Assembly: GCA_900753245.1 (NCBI GenBank)
Contig: CAADYJ010000080.1
Location: 3,228 to 67,227, forward strand
DNA length: 64,000 nt
Direction: 5' to 3'
Source: Clostridia bacterium
GTDB taxonomy: Bacteria > Bacillota > Clostridia > TANB77 > CAG-508
Part shown: piece by piece, positions 22,669 through 32,876 of the stretch
How positions within the stretch are numbered: position 1 is the first letter of the stretch
Layout: each line of letters begins with the position of its first letter
The notes under the pieces: model-generated
Database searches by the model: none
What the model saw: the letters and a program-made list of their open reading frames with translations, nothing else
What the model was told of the DNA's origin: nothing
Position numbers and translations under genes: made by a program

Positions 22669-23808
22669 CTACTCTTCTATTTTTTCTTTTCTCTGTTCTC
22701 TATAATCTATAAAATCTTCAACTATAACTTTTAGTATAGCTATAATTGGTACTGCTAAAAACATTCCAATAATTCCAAAATAAGCTCCTCCTACTGTTAC
22801 TGCAAGAATTACTAATATAGGATTTATTTCTAAAGAATTTCCTACAATTTTTGGATTAATTATATTAGCATCAATTTGTTGTAATATAATAACAACTATT
22901 AACATCCATATAGCTTGAGATAAGCCTCCTGTAAATAGTGTAATAATTCCTGCTATAGCAACTGCTATTATTGCTCCTATGTAAGGAATTAAATTAAATA
23001 ATCCTATCATAAATCCAAGTAGCACAGCATATTTAACTCCTAATATGCTCATTGCTATAGATGTTACTATTCCAACAACTAATGCATCTAATAATTGACT
23101 TGTTAAGAAATGGAAAAATATTTCATTTGTTCTATGAAAATATTTTCCTAAATTTTTGTATGCTTTTTTAGTAAAAATTGCTCCTGCTAATTTACTTAAG
23201 AATTTTAATATTTCAGTTCTACTATTTAAAATATATACAGAAACAATAAATGCTACAAATATATCAAATATCTTAGAAGCTATACTTATCGCTCCCTGAG
23301 CATATTGAGCTATTGCTCCAATATTAATTATTTGCTTTAAGTCTATATTTTGTATTTCTTGCATTACTCTTGTTACAACTTCTGTCTTCCAAAAAGAATC
23401 TTCAGGAAGTTCATTTATTTTTCCAACAGCAATTTCATAGTATGTACTAAAATTTGTTGTTAAATCTATTATACTTTGTATTATCGGTGGAATTATAAAA
23501 TTAATTAAAATAACAATTATAATAATTACTATTAAATATACTGTTAATATACTAAGTGGTCTAGCTTTCTTTTTTATAATTTTTAATTTTTTAGTTTTCC
23601 CATATACTTCTTCTATTTTTCTACAAGGTATGTATAAAATATATGAAATTAATACTCCTGCTGCAAAAGGTGCTAAAATTCCAAGTAATTCCTTAAGCCA
23701 ATTTGTTATTTGCCCTAGATTATCAACTGTTTTATATACAAAAATTGTTGCTACTGCAAATGTAAACCAATATAACCATTTTGTCCATGTTTTAGTTTTC
23801 TTCTCCAT
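22669..23808 (-). CDS. AI-2E family transporter (PerM/YdiK-like permease)
   Basis: 379 aa, about 8 TM helices, and the characteristic C-terminal ...GMFLAVPIIAILKV block. Confidence 0.7.
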   Translation of the reverse strand: MEKKTKTWTKWLYWFTFAVATIFVYKTVDNLGQITNWLKELLGILAPFAAGVLISYILYIPCRKIEEVYGKTKKLKIIKKKARPLSILTVYLIVIIIIVILINFIIPPIIQSIIDLTTNFSTYYEIAVGKINELPEDSFWKTEVVTRVMQEIQNIDLKQIINIGAIAQYAQGAISIASKIFDIFVAFIVSVYILNSRTEILKFLSKLAGAIFTKKAYKNLGKYFHRTNEIFFHFLTSQLLDALVVGIVTSIAMSILGVKYAVLLGFMIGLFNLIPYIGAIIAVAIAGIITLFTGGLSQAIWMLIVVIILQQIDANIINPKIVGNSLEINPILVILAVTVGGAYFGIIGMFLAVPIIAILKVIVEDFIDYREQRKEKIEE

Positions 23809-23854
23809 TTTATTTTTTCTCCTTTATTTTTACTTAATGTTTTTAAGAGTGCCT

Positions 23855-24637
23855 TTAGTGTTCCAAATTTGGAATGAAAAGGTCACCTCCTAATGTTAAT
23901 TCTATTGGGCAATGGTCACTTCCCATTATTTCAGAATAAATTTTTGTTTCTTCTATTTTATCTTTTATTGAATTTGATGTAATAAAATAATCTATTCTCC
24001 ATCCTACATTTTTTTCTCTTGCTTTCATCATATATGACCACCATGTATATGCATTTTCTTTTTCAGGATACAAATATCTAAATGTATCTGTAAAACCTGC
24101 TTCTAAAAGCTGTGTCATTTTATTTCTTTCTTCATCTGTAAAGCCTGCATTATGATGATTTGTTTTAGGATTTTTCAAATCTATTTCTTTATGTGCTACA
24201 TTTAAATCTCCACAATACACTACAGGCTTTATTTTATCTAACGAAACTAAATATTTTCTTATTTCATCTTCCCATATCATTCTATAATCTAAACGTTCTA
24301 ACTCTCTTTTTGAGTTTGGTGTATAGCAATTTACCATATAAAACTTATCAAATTCTAATGTTATAATTCTACCTTCTTGGTCATGTTCTTCTATTCCAAG
24401 TCCATATGAAACAGATAATGGTTTTTTCTTAGTAAATATAGCCGTTCCAGAATATCCTTTTTTTACAGCACTGTTCCAATATTGATAATATCCTTCTAAT
24501 ATAAGTTCTATTTGTCCTTCTTGCATTTTTGTTTCTTGCACGCAGAATATGTCTGCATCTATTTGCTTAAAAAAATCCATAAATCCTTTATTTAAAACTG
24601 CTCTTAAGCCATTTACATTCCATGATATTATTTTCAT
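23855..24637 (-). CDS. xth: exodeoxyribonuclease III (Xth/ExoA family AP endonuclease)
   Basis: MKIISWNVNGLRA, CGDLNVAH and SDHCPI motifs; 260 aa. Confidence 0.9.
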   Translation of the reverse strand: MKIISWNVNGLRAVLNKGFMDFFKQIDADIFCVQETKMQEGQIELILEGYYQYWNSAVKKGYSGTAIFTKKKPLSVSYGLGIEEHDQEGRIITLEFDKFYMVNCYTPNSKRELERLDYRMIWEDEIRKYLVSLDKIKPVVYCGDLNVAHKEIDLKNPKTNHHNAGFTDEERNKMTQLLEAGFTDTFRYLYPEKENAYTWWSYMMKAREKNVGWRIDYFITSNSIKDKIEETKIYSEIMGSDHCPIELTLGGDLFIPNLEH

Positions 24638-24739
24638 TTATTTTTCTCTCCTTAAAAAAATAAAGCAAAACATTCAAATTATTGTGGATATTTTTACCCA
24701 TAACAATTTAAATATTTTGCCCCGTCTATAAAACTTCAA

Positions 24740-25732
24740 TTAAAATTCATATACATATGCTTCTACGCTTCTTCTACCATATTGAAGAGCCGCACTATGT
24801 GATCCCATATAAACATCTAATTTGCTATTAGAAATTGCTCCACCTCTATCTTGTACAACAAACCATCCACCATTTGGTTTATTTTTAAATGCTGGTATAT
24901 AAATTACTGTTCCTAGTTTATAACCATTTCCTGCTGCTAATGTATACCATGAGCTTGCTTTTGCACCAGAAGCTGTAATTCCATTTGTTTTACCACAACA
25001 TTTTGCACAAGAACAATATGCTGATGTATTAAATGTTTTTACTTTTGGTGTAATTCCTTGTACTTTTTTAGCAAGTGCTGTAGATGCTGTTGCAGCTGGG
25101 TTTGATGTTGCTGTTCTTTCTTGTGAATTTCTTGCTGTTACTTGCACTGTTCTAACTTCTACTATTTTATTTACTGGCTCAGTTATTACTGTGCATGCTA
25201 TTTGCGTTCTTTCTATTTCTACTTCATTTTGATATTTAACTTTATAAGTTACTTCTTTTAATCCATTTTTTCCATTTTGAACTACTTTATTTTGTTTTGT
25301 TCCTTCTCCTGTTGCTTCTTTTGTTATTGTTTCAAATGGTATTGTTACTTGTTCTTTAATAATTTTTTCTACAATTGTATCATAAGAACTTAAAATTTCT
25401 TCAGATGTAATAGTTGCTTCTCTTTCAGCTAATTTTATATCTTCTTCTGACATTTTTAAAATTCTTATTGTTTTATTGTCTCCTACATATTCTTCTTTAT
25501 CTGGAGATACTTTTTCGTCTTCAGCTAAAGTAATATGGTTTTCTTCTAATATATCAGATACTTTCGTTTTTGCTGTTAATACTTGCATTTCATAATCGTT
25601 TGAAAGTATAATCTTTACTTTGTTTAAACTAGCATTCGTAGCCATAACACCAATACTTGTAATACATATTAGTACTAAACTTATTCCTAGTATTTTTACT
25701 AAGGATATGGATGCTTTATCTTCTTTCTTCAT
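24740..25732 (-). CDS. YabE-like cell-wall protein (N-terminal TM, DUF348/G5-like region, C-terminal 3D domain)
   Basis: The C-terminal region ...VVQDRGGAISNSKLDVYMGSHSAALQYG resembles a 3D (Asp-Asp-Asp) domain. It sits downstream of tatD, as yabD-yabE does in Bacillus. Confidence 0.6.
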   Translation of the reverse strand: MKKEDKASISLVKILGISLVLICITSIGVMATNASLNKVKIILSNDYEMQVLTAKTKVSDILEENHITLAEDEKVSPDKEEYVGDNKTIRILKMSEEDIKLAEREATITSEEILSSYDTIVEKIIKEQVTIPFETITKEATGEGTKQNKVVQNGKNGLKEVTYKVKYQNEVEIERTQIACTVITEPVNKIVEVRTVQVTARNSQERTATSNPAATASTALAKKVQGITPKVKTFNTSAYCSCAKCCGKTNGITASGAKASSWYTLAAGNGYKLGTVIYIPAFKNKPNGGWFVVQDRGGAISNSKLDVYMGSHSAALQYGRRSVEAYVYEF

Positions 25733-25915
25733 AAAAAATTTTACCTCCCTTTTTTATGGAACATTGTTATTGTAACATTTTTTACAACAAATGTCAAATT
25801 TTGAGATATTTTGCTTTCCTTAGAGTAGTAATTGTTTCAAGTTTTGTTTTATGTTATTTACTAAAAAAAGCATTGTGCTTACTACATTATATGTGCTTGT
25901 ACTAAAAAATATGAA

Positions 25916-26710
25916 TTATTTTTTCATAATTTTGGTAAAAATTTTGTATGCGTTCTCATAACTAGCTTTTGCAACTTCTTCTATTTTTATATTTTTAAAA
26001 TCTGCTACTTTTTGTGCTACAAGTTTTACATTTCTACTATCATTTCTAGTTCCTCTTTTAGGCTCTGGCGCTAAGTAAGGGCTATCTGTTTCTATTAATA
26101 CTTTGTCTAATGGTACCATTTTTACTATGTCTTCAGCATTTTTAGAATTCTTAAAAGTAATTGGTCCTGCAAAAGATATATAAAAACCTAATTTCAGTGC
26201 ATCATGAACTAACTGCCTATTTAAAGGGCAACAATGAAATACACCTTTATTTATTACATTATTTTCTTTTAACATTGTAATTGTGTCTTCTACTGCTTCT
26301 CTTGTGTGAATAACTATTGGCAAATTATATTTATTTGCAAGTTCAATTTGCTTTATAAACATTTGCTTTTGTATTTCTTTATTTTCTTTATTCCAATGAT
26401 AATCTAGCCCTATTTCTCCTACTGCCAATACTTTATTATTTTTGTCTTCTTTTATTATTTCTTCTATTTGTTTTACATAGCTTTCTACTTCTTCTAAACT
26501 TTCTGGTACATCATTTGGTGATACCCCGCAAATAGAATATATAAATGGATATTTATTGCATATTTCTATACTCTTTTTAGAAGATTCTATATCATAACCT
26601 GCACAAACAAATTTTGTTATTCCATCTTCATATGTTTCTTTTATTATTTTTTCTCTATCTTCATCAAATTTTTCATCGTTATAATGAGAATGTGAATCAA
26701 AAAACTCCAT
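25916..26710 (-). CDS. tatD: TatD-family metal-dependent DNase/hydrolase (YabD)
   Basis: HSHYND N-terminus plus the GEIGLDY, HTREA and ETDSPYL motifs. Confidence 0.85.
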   Translation of the reverse strand: MEFFDSHSHYNDEKFDEDREKIIKETYEDGITKFVCAGYDIESSKKSIEICNKYPFIYSICGVSPNDVPESLEEVESYVKQIEEIIKEDKNNKVLAVGEIGLDYHWNKENKEIQKQMFIKQIELANKYNLPIVIHTREAVEDTITMLKENNVINKGVFHCCPLNRQLVHDALKLGFYISFAGPITFKNSKNAEDIVKMVPLDKVLIETDSPYLAPEPKRGTRNDSRNVKLVAQKVADFKNIKIEEVAKASYENAYKIFTKIMKK

Positions 26711-26721
26711 AATTTCTCCTA

Positions 26722-27099
26722 TTATTTAAATGTAACTACGCAATTTGCTATTGCATATTCTTTTATATGTGAAAGACTTATATCTATATTTTCTATTTTT
26801 TCTTCCATGTCACAATTTATAAAACTTACGTATGGTCTTCCATCTTTATTATTTAAAATTTCTATGTTTGTCCATACTATATCTGTTTTTTCTTCTAAAC
26901 TTTCAGAAACAGCCTTAAAAATAGCCTCTTTTGCAGCAAACCTCACTGCAAAATGTTGATATTTCATATTATTCTTGCTACTGCAATACTCTATTTCTTT
27001 TTCTGTATAAACTCTATTTAAAAATTTATCTTCTAAATTTTCTATAGCATCTTCTATTCTGCTTACTTCAATTATATCTACTCCGCACTTAACTTTCAT
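26722..27099 (-). CDS. acpS: holo-[acyl-carrier-protein] synthase
   Basis: 125 aa. GVDIIEVSRI...FAAKEAIFKA pattern of AcpS-type phosphopantetheinyl transferases. Confidence 0.85.
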   Translation of the reverse strand: MKVKCGVDIIEVSRIEDAIENLEDKFLNRVYTEKEIEYCSSKNNMKYQHFAVRFAAKEAIFKAVSESLEEKTDIVWTNIEILNNKDGRPYVSFINCDMEEKIENIDISLSHIKEYAIANCVVTFK

Positions 27100-27120
27100 A
27101 ATTGTCCCTTCAACTTTTTA

Positions 27121-28371
27121 TTATTTTCCTTTAAAATATAATAAAATAAAGTTTATAATATTAAATGTTAATGTAGCTGCTAATATTACTATTATTGCAA
27201 GATTTATTTTATTTGTTTTCTCTATATTTAAATCTTTATATGTAATATCATATTTATTTTTTATTTCATTATATAAATAATCTAGCTCTAATGTTTTTCT
27301 CCATTTTTCATACATTAGAGAGCCTTCCATATCATTAGTAATTTCTTGAATCCAAAAATCACTTGTAAATTTTAAAAATTTCTCTCTTGTTTGTGCAAAG
27401 TTTCTTTTTTGCATAAATTCTAAATTTATTTTCTTTAAGTATAATTTTTTATACAAAGCCAAAATATATGTATATAAATATTCTCTTTCATATATAAATG
27501 GTAATTTTGTATAATTTTCTACACTTGCACTAGAAGTTAGCAATGCTGTTGATTGCTTATTAAATCCTATTTTTGCATATTTTCTTGTTTCTAATATCTT
27601 TTCGTTTTCTAGCTTTTCATTTAAATTTACTTGATATGAACTAGGTAATACATTTGTAAATTTTATAAATTCTTCCTTTATATTTTCAAAATCATTATCT
27701 ATATTCCAACTATCTTGTTCTATACATGCATATGAATATGTTATAAACTTCTCTACGTCTAAATTCATATCTTTTGTGTTTATTGTTGGACCTGTAATTT
27801 TATTTATTATTGTAGATAATTCTTTAATATCTTTTAAATTATTTGTTTGTAATCGTATATTTTCATAGTCTTTTAAAAAACTATAATCTGCATTTATTTC
27901 CCTAAATTTATAATTAAAGTTTAATATATCAGAAAATTTATCATCATCTTCTACTATTGTTTTTAATAGTAAAAAACATATTCCACTTTTAAAACAAATT
28001 ATTTCTATTTTTTGTATATTAAAAAATATTCCACTTCCGCCTTCTTGTCCCATTTTTCCTTGTACTACATTTCCTAAAGAATATTCAAATATGTTACATT
28101 CGTTTTTAGCTAACAAATTTGCTTTAACACCGTCTTCTAATTCGTTTAAACTTTTCATTTGTCTTCTAGTACGTCCAAATGACCAAAATAGTTTTTCTCT
28201 AATATTAGGTAAAAAATATGTATATAAATTTAAATCTTTTTCTTTTTCAAATATTTTTAGTTCACACTTTTTATCTTTTAATAATTTTAATAAATATTTG
28301 TTATACTTCTTTTCCTCTACTAAATAAGGGTATATAAAGTAAGAATATTGATATTTTATCTTCTGTTCCAT
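27121..28371 (-). CDS. hypothetical protein, C-terminal single TM anchor
   Basis: 416 aa ORF with no recognisable motif. Hydrophobic C-terminus NLAIIVILAATLTFNIINFILLYF. Sits only 21 nt from acpS. Confidence 0.4.
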   Translation of the reverse strand: MEQKIKYQYSYFIYPYLVEEKKYNKYLLKLLKDKKCELKIFEKEKDLNLYTYFLPNIREKLFWSFGRTRRQMKSLNELEDGVKANLLAKNECNIFEYSLGNVVQGKMGQEGGSGIFFNIQKIEIICFKSGICFLLLKTIVEDDDKFSDILNFNYKFREINADYSFLKDYENIRLQTNNLKDIKELSTIINKITGPTINTKDMNLDVEKFITYSYACIEQDSWNIDNDFENIKEEFIKFTNVLPSSYQVNLNEKLENEKILETRKYAKIGFNKQSTALLTSSASVENYTKLPFIYEREYLYTYILALYKKLYLKKINLEFMQKRNFAQTREKFLKFTSDFWIQEITNDMEGSLMYEKWRKTLELDYLYNEIKNKYDITYKDLNIEKTNKINLAIIVILAATLTFNIINFILLYFKGK

Positions 28372-28426
28372 TTTTATCTCCTTTTACTTAAGTATGTTTA
28401 AAAAAACATCCTTAAGTACTTTTATA

Positions 28427-29941
28427 TTATTTTGTATAATAATTTGCATTTATGTCTTGTGCTAAATGCCATTTACCAATAAAGTTAACTACAACATAAT
28501 CTGTTAATTCATAAGTTGGTTCTACTACTACTTCACCTTTTTGGTTTAAAGCTCCCCATTTTCCGTCTTTTTTTACTGCTACATATCCATATTTGTTTTG
28601 CTCTGTTGCATCATCATAAATATAATTTACTACTACAATTCCTTTTGAATTTACATATCCATATTTTCCGTCCTTTTTGCTTAGGAAAATAGTATTTGTA
28701 GATAATATTTCTTGTGCTTTCTTTTCTTCTAATTTAAAGTTGTAGTATTTATATTCATCTGATACACGAACTTTAATATAGTTTTTGTCTTGGTTAATTT
28801 CACTGACTATTCCTGTTACTTTTATATTAAAGTTTCTGTCTATTAAATCACTTTGTCCGTCTTCCTTTTGAGCTTGTATAAAATCTGCTTCTTGTATGTA
28901 TTTAATGTATGTATATGTAAAGTCTAATTTTGTCTCATTTCCTACACTAACTATTCCATATTTATTATCTTTTTTTGCTATATAACAATTTGCAAAGGCA
29001 TAATTTATATCTTCATAAATAGCATCTATTTGTGCTTCTCCTTCAGTTGTAACTACTCCATATTTTCCATTTTTCTTTATTACAATGCTATCTGATTGAA
29101 TTGATTTTACATCATCAAATTGTGCTTCTAAGAATGTTTCTTTATCACTATTTACTATTTTTAAAGTTCCATTCTCTTTAACAACATACATGTTGTTTCC
29201 ATATACATTTTTTATTTCATCATAGTTTGGTTCTAATGCTATTGTTTTGTCGTAACGAACAACGCCATATTTACCATTATCTGCTTTAACTATAAATCCG
29301 TTTTCATATTTTGAAGTAAGAGGTTCTATTTCAGCATATATATTTTCACAAATTATATTTCCTACTGAATCTACTACTCCTTTTTTACCATCTTTTGTAG
29401 TTGTAAATACTCCTGATGTTCCTAACATAACTTCTATATTATCGTAATTACAACTTACAAGTTCTTTTCCATCTAAGTTTATTAGTCCATATTTTCCGTC
29501 TTTTTGTACTTTTAATACATTTTCTTCATACCATAAATTATTATTTTTGTCATGGTTTGTTAATGCTTCTACTTTATCATAACCATTAAATAATTGTTCA
29601 TTTTTTTGGTTTACTGCTTTTGATGTATATGTACCATTTTCATAATTTACATTTTCTGTACATATGAATACTGGTTTTGTGTTTTCTGGTATAACTATCA
29701 TTTCTGAATAAGTAGGTTCTATAATTACATTTTCTTTTGTGTCTATTACTCCCCATTTTCCATTTTCGTAAATTGTATAATAAGCTAATACAAATGATTT
29801 TTCTGTTTTTTCTGGTTTATCTTTTAGTATTTCTTTAATTCCTATAACAAACATAATTATTACTAGTATTGCAATTATTACGGCTGCTACTTTTTTCTTA
29901 TTTAATTTGGCTTCTGTATTATATCTTCTACCTCTGCTCAT
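28427..29941 (-). CDS. WG-repeat (KWG) protein with N-terminal membrane anchor
   Basis: Repeated ...DGKYG(L/V)(I/V)... and GKWGV/GKWGAL units of about 35 aa throughout. N-terminal TM VAAVIIAILVIIMFVIGI. Confidence 0.6.
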   Translation of the reverse strand: MSRGRRYNTEAKLNKKKVAAVIIAILVIIMFVIGIKEILKDKPEKTEKSFVLAYYTIYENGKWGVIDTKENVIIEPTYSEMIVIPENTKPVFICTENVNYENGTYTSKAVNQKNEQLFNGYDKVEALTNHDKNNNLWYEENVLKVQKDGKYGLINLDGKELVSCNYDNIEVMLGTSGVFTTTKDGKKGVVDSVGNIICENIYAEIEPLTSKYENGFIVKADNGKYGVVRYDKTIALEPNYDEIKNVYGNNMYVVKENGTLKIVNSDKETFLEAQFDDVKSIQSDSIVIKKNGKYGVVTTEGEAQIDAIYEDINYAFANCYIAKKDNKYGIVSVGNETKLDFTYTYIKYIQEADFIQAQKEDGQSDLIDRNFNIKVTGIVSEINQDKNYIKVRVSDEYKYYNFKLEEKKAQEILSTNTIFLSKKDGKYGYVNSKGIVVVNYIYDDATEQNKYGYVAVKKDGKWGALNQKGEVVVEPTYELTDYVVVNFIGKWHLAQDINANYYTK

Positions 29942-29991
29942 ATATATCTCTCCCTATTATTTTTTTACATATACACTATATCATATTTTGA

Positions 29992-30023
29992 CATAAAAAA
30001 ACAAGGTTTTTCACCTTGTTTTT
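29992..30023 (-). terminator. Rho-independent terminator 4 nt after the spoIIE stop
   Basis: AAAAAAACAAGGT-TTTTC-ACCTTGTTTTT. On the minus strand the hairpin is followed by a T7 run. Confidence 0.65.
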
Positions 30024-30024
30024 A

Positions 30025-32523
30025 CTACTTTTGTTTTATTTTTGCAACTATAACTGTCATATCATCTTTTTGTATTCCATAGTTATTGTCAATTGCTTCT
30101 TGTAAAATAATGTCTGCTATTTTTTGTACATCTTCTGTATCCATTTCTTCTAATAGGAATTTTAGCCACAATTCTTTATTTGTATATTCTGTACAAGACT
30201 CTAATATTCCATCACTACACATAACTAAAATGTCTCCATCTTCTAAAGCTCTATCATATACAACTAAATCTATATCATTTAATATTCCTGTTGGAAGTGA
30301 TAACGATTTTAGTATTTCTACATTTCTTCTATTTTTTACATATGTTGGACATGCTCCGTTTTTTATAAATTCTAATTTTCCTTCATATAAGTCAAGAATT
30401 GCTACATCTAATGTTGCGTACATATCTTCTTCTCCTGTAGCAGATAAAGTAGAATTTATTAGTCTTAAAGAGCTATCTTTTTCAAATCCTGAAGATAATA
30501 ATTTTTCAAGCATTGCTATTGCTGTTTTACTTGCTTTTCTTGCTTCTTTTCCAGAACCTTTTCCATCACTTATAGCAAGTAAATATTTGCCATCATCTAG
30601 TTTTGTTTGTAAAGATGTATCTCCTGATATACTAGAGCCTGCTTTTGTTGTTCGTGCTATTCCTATTTGCAAACTTTGCTTATCTTCTGTTACATATGTA
30701 AATGCACAAATTGTTTTATTACTTCTTAAGCCACACTCTTGTTTTTGTAATACCATTTGCTCTCCAAAAACTTTGCTTATTAATTTTCCCATTTTCTTAA
30801 TATCGCAAGGTTTCTTTTCCACATCTTCACACGTATTTGTGTATAACGTTGCTTGTATTCTTCCGCTTTCTTCCTTTTTTATAGAAATATTTTCAATTTT
30901 TATATTTTTTTCTTCAAACAAGCATTTTATTTGCTCTTTTTCTTCTGTAAATTCTTCTTTTTTGTTTTCTTCTATTTCGTCTGCAAGTGCACCTAATGCT
31001 TTAGAAACTTCTTCTAGTTGGTTTGAAACTGCTTTTTTATTTTCTTCTAGTTTCTTTTTCCATATAAAGTTTAATTTACTTACTTTATATGCTTCATTAA
31101 ATGCTTTTACTATTTGTTCTATATCTTCTTGTACTACATCATTTATATAGTCTTTTTCAAAACCTACTATATAGTTGTTATGGTCTGCAAATACTTTTAT
31201 TACATCATTTGCATCTATTTTTTCTTTCTCTAGTAGTATTTCAAAAAGATCTTCTACTGTTGTATCTTGTGGGTCATAAACATCATCAAATAATATGTTT
31301 GCTTCCATTCCTTCTAAGTTATTTTGTAGTTCTCTTTCAAATATTTTAAAATTATCTTCTTCTTGTTTTTTTAATTCTTCCTCATCTACTATTGTAGCTG
31401 CGGCCTCTTTATAAGTTTTTGCCATTTCAGATATTGTTTCTGACATATTGTTTAAACGGAATATTGCTTCTTTATTATCTTCTAAAACTCTTCCTGTTGT
31501 TTCTGGTAATAATTTTGTTTTTCCATACAAGTCTTCTATATCTATTTTTACTTTTTTAGGAACTGCAAGTAATCCTAATGAAGCTATTAAAATTTCTTGT
31601 ATATGTATTATTGAAGATGTATTTCCATTTGTTACATATGTAAGTAGAACATTTCCTAATATAAACCCTATTATTACTCCTATTTTTCCTAGTTTGTTAA
31701 ATATTCCTGCTATCATTCCTGAAAGTGCATATGTGGCTATTATTATTGGTTCTCCATTAGATATAATTCCTATTACACTTCCTATTGTAACACCTGCAGT
31801 TGCTCCTACTAATATTCCATTTTTCCAACCTAATATTAGTACTATTAATATGCATAATATGTTTCTTATGCTAAATCCAAAAGCATATAGTGAACCTAAA
31901 CTACTCACGGCTATAGCTATTAGAAGACTTGCTCCCATTATTTCTTCTATTGTATATGCTCTTTTTTCGCCTATATTTTCTATTACAGATATTGAATTTA
32001 CAAATATTTTATAGAATATGTATGCACATATGCTATACATTAAACTAAATATTAAATCGTATACATAGAATTCTTTAAAGAATATTCCTGCTGCTTGTAC
32101 TATGAAACTACTTATTAATAAACGTAAACCTAATTTTCTATTTTCATTTACTTCATTTTCAAATTTTGGTGCTCTTATTAACATACTTACTAAAACTAAA
32201 AGTATTGTTAATATTGTGTTTAGTGCGTTTGTACTTCCAAATGAAATAAATGTACCTATTATTACTACTATAGATAGTATTCCTATTGGGATGCATGAAC
32301 TTAAAGCTGCTACTAATATTGCTACTCCAAATGGTGCAAGTTTTACTGCATCTGTTCCTATTCCAACAAATGAAAGCATAAACGCTAATATATATAATAT
32401 ACATGTTTTTTTGTTAAAACATTTTTTTAGTGTTTGTTTTATATTTGTTTTTTTATTAAATTCTACATCCTCTTTTCGATTTTCTTCGAAATCTCTTGCT
32501 ATATTTTGAAACATCCTTACCAC
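30025..32523 (-). CDS. spoIIE: stage II sporulation protein E (about 10 TM helices + PP2C phosphatase)
   Basis: 832 aa. N-terminal polytopic membrane domain and C-terminal PP2C-like motifs (ISDGKGSGKEA...MCSDGILE). Confidence 0.8.
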   Translation of the reverse strand: MVRMFQNIARDFEENRKEDVEFNKKTNIKQTLKKCFNKKTCILYILAFMLSFVGIGTDAVKLAPFGVAILVAALSSCIPIGILSIVVIIGTFISFGSTNALNTILTILLVLVSMLIRAPKFENEVNENRKLGLRLLISSFIVQAAGIFFKEFYVYDLIFSLMYSICAYIFYKIFVNSISVIENIGEKRAYTIEEIMGASLLIAIAVSSLGSLYAFGFSIRNILCILIVLILGWKNGILVGATAGVTIGSVIGIISNGEPIIIATYALSGMIAGIFNKLGKIGVIIGFILGNVLLTYVTNGNTSSIIHIQEILIASLGLLAVPKKVKIDIEDLYGKTKLLPETTGRVLEDNKEAIFRLNNMSETISEMAKTYKEAAATIVDEEELKKQEEDNFKIFERELQNNLEGMEANILFDDVYDPQDTTVEDLFEILLEKEKIDANDVIKVFADHNNYIVGFEKDYINDVVQEDIEQIVKAFNEAYKVSKLNFIWKKKLEENKKAVSNQLEEVSKALGALADEIEENKKEEFTEEKEQIKCLFEEKNIKIENISIKKEESGRIQATLYTNTCEDVEKKPCDIKKMGKLISKVFGEQMVLQKQECGLRSNKTICAFTYVTEDKQSLQIGIARTTKAGSSISGDTSLQTKLDDGKYLLAISDGKGSGKEARKASKTAIAMLEKLLSSGFEKDSSLRLINSTLSATGEEDMYATLDVAILDLYEGKLEFIKNGACPTYVKNRRNVEILKSLSLPTGILNDIDLVVYDRALEDGDILVMCSDGILESCTEYTNKELWLKFLLEEMDTEDVQKIADIILQEAIDNNYGIQKDDMTVIVAKIKQK

Positions 32524-32814
32524 CCCATAAACTTTTTTATTTTTCTTTTGCTTGTCCTATTGTAGTATATTTGTGCTACATTATTTGTCGTTTTTAATAC
32601 GAAATTTAAAAAAGTTTTTTACATTTTGTGATATATTTTTATTTTTTACTCCTTTTTTATTATTCTTTTGTGAAATTCTTTTTCTATTTTATCGTAAAAA
32701 GGCTAAAAATACAAGAGATTATTTGATATTTATATTTTATCTTAATATCAAAGTTAAGATATAATCTCAAGAATATATTTGTTTTTTTGTTATTTTTTCC
32801 ATTTATTGACATTT

Positions 32815-32852
32815 ATAAAAAAACCACACACTCTTTACTAAAGAGTGTGTGG
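32815..32852 (-). terminator. Strong rho-independent terminator after the lipoprotein gene
   Basis: CCACACACTCTTTA-c-TAAAGAGTGTGTGG is an almost perfect 14-bp GC-containing palindrome. A T7 run follows on the minus strand. Confidence 0.75.
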
Positions 32853-32876
32853 TGAATCAATGCGAATATTTAGTTT

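Noticed and set aside
29984-29999. TTGACAT(A/TT)TAAAAAAA motif recurring just before two terminators (also at 32806-32823)
   Set aside because: Most likely a coincidence of A-runs preceding hairpins in AT-rich DNA. On the minus strand the 'TTGACA' hexamers are not positioned as promoters for any downstream gene.
30086-31150. 354-aa plus-strand ORF, and other 60-190-aa plus-strand ORFs inside spoIIE, rpoB/rpoC, gdpP and the giant genes (for example 31448-32014, 40823-41401, 43214-43744, 20817-21230)
   Set aside because: All overlap well-supported minus-strand genes and have S/F/L/I-rich low-complexity products with no RBS. They are shadow ORFs of AT-rich coding DNA.
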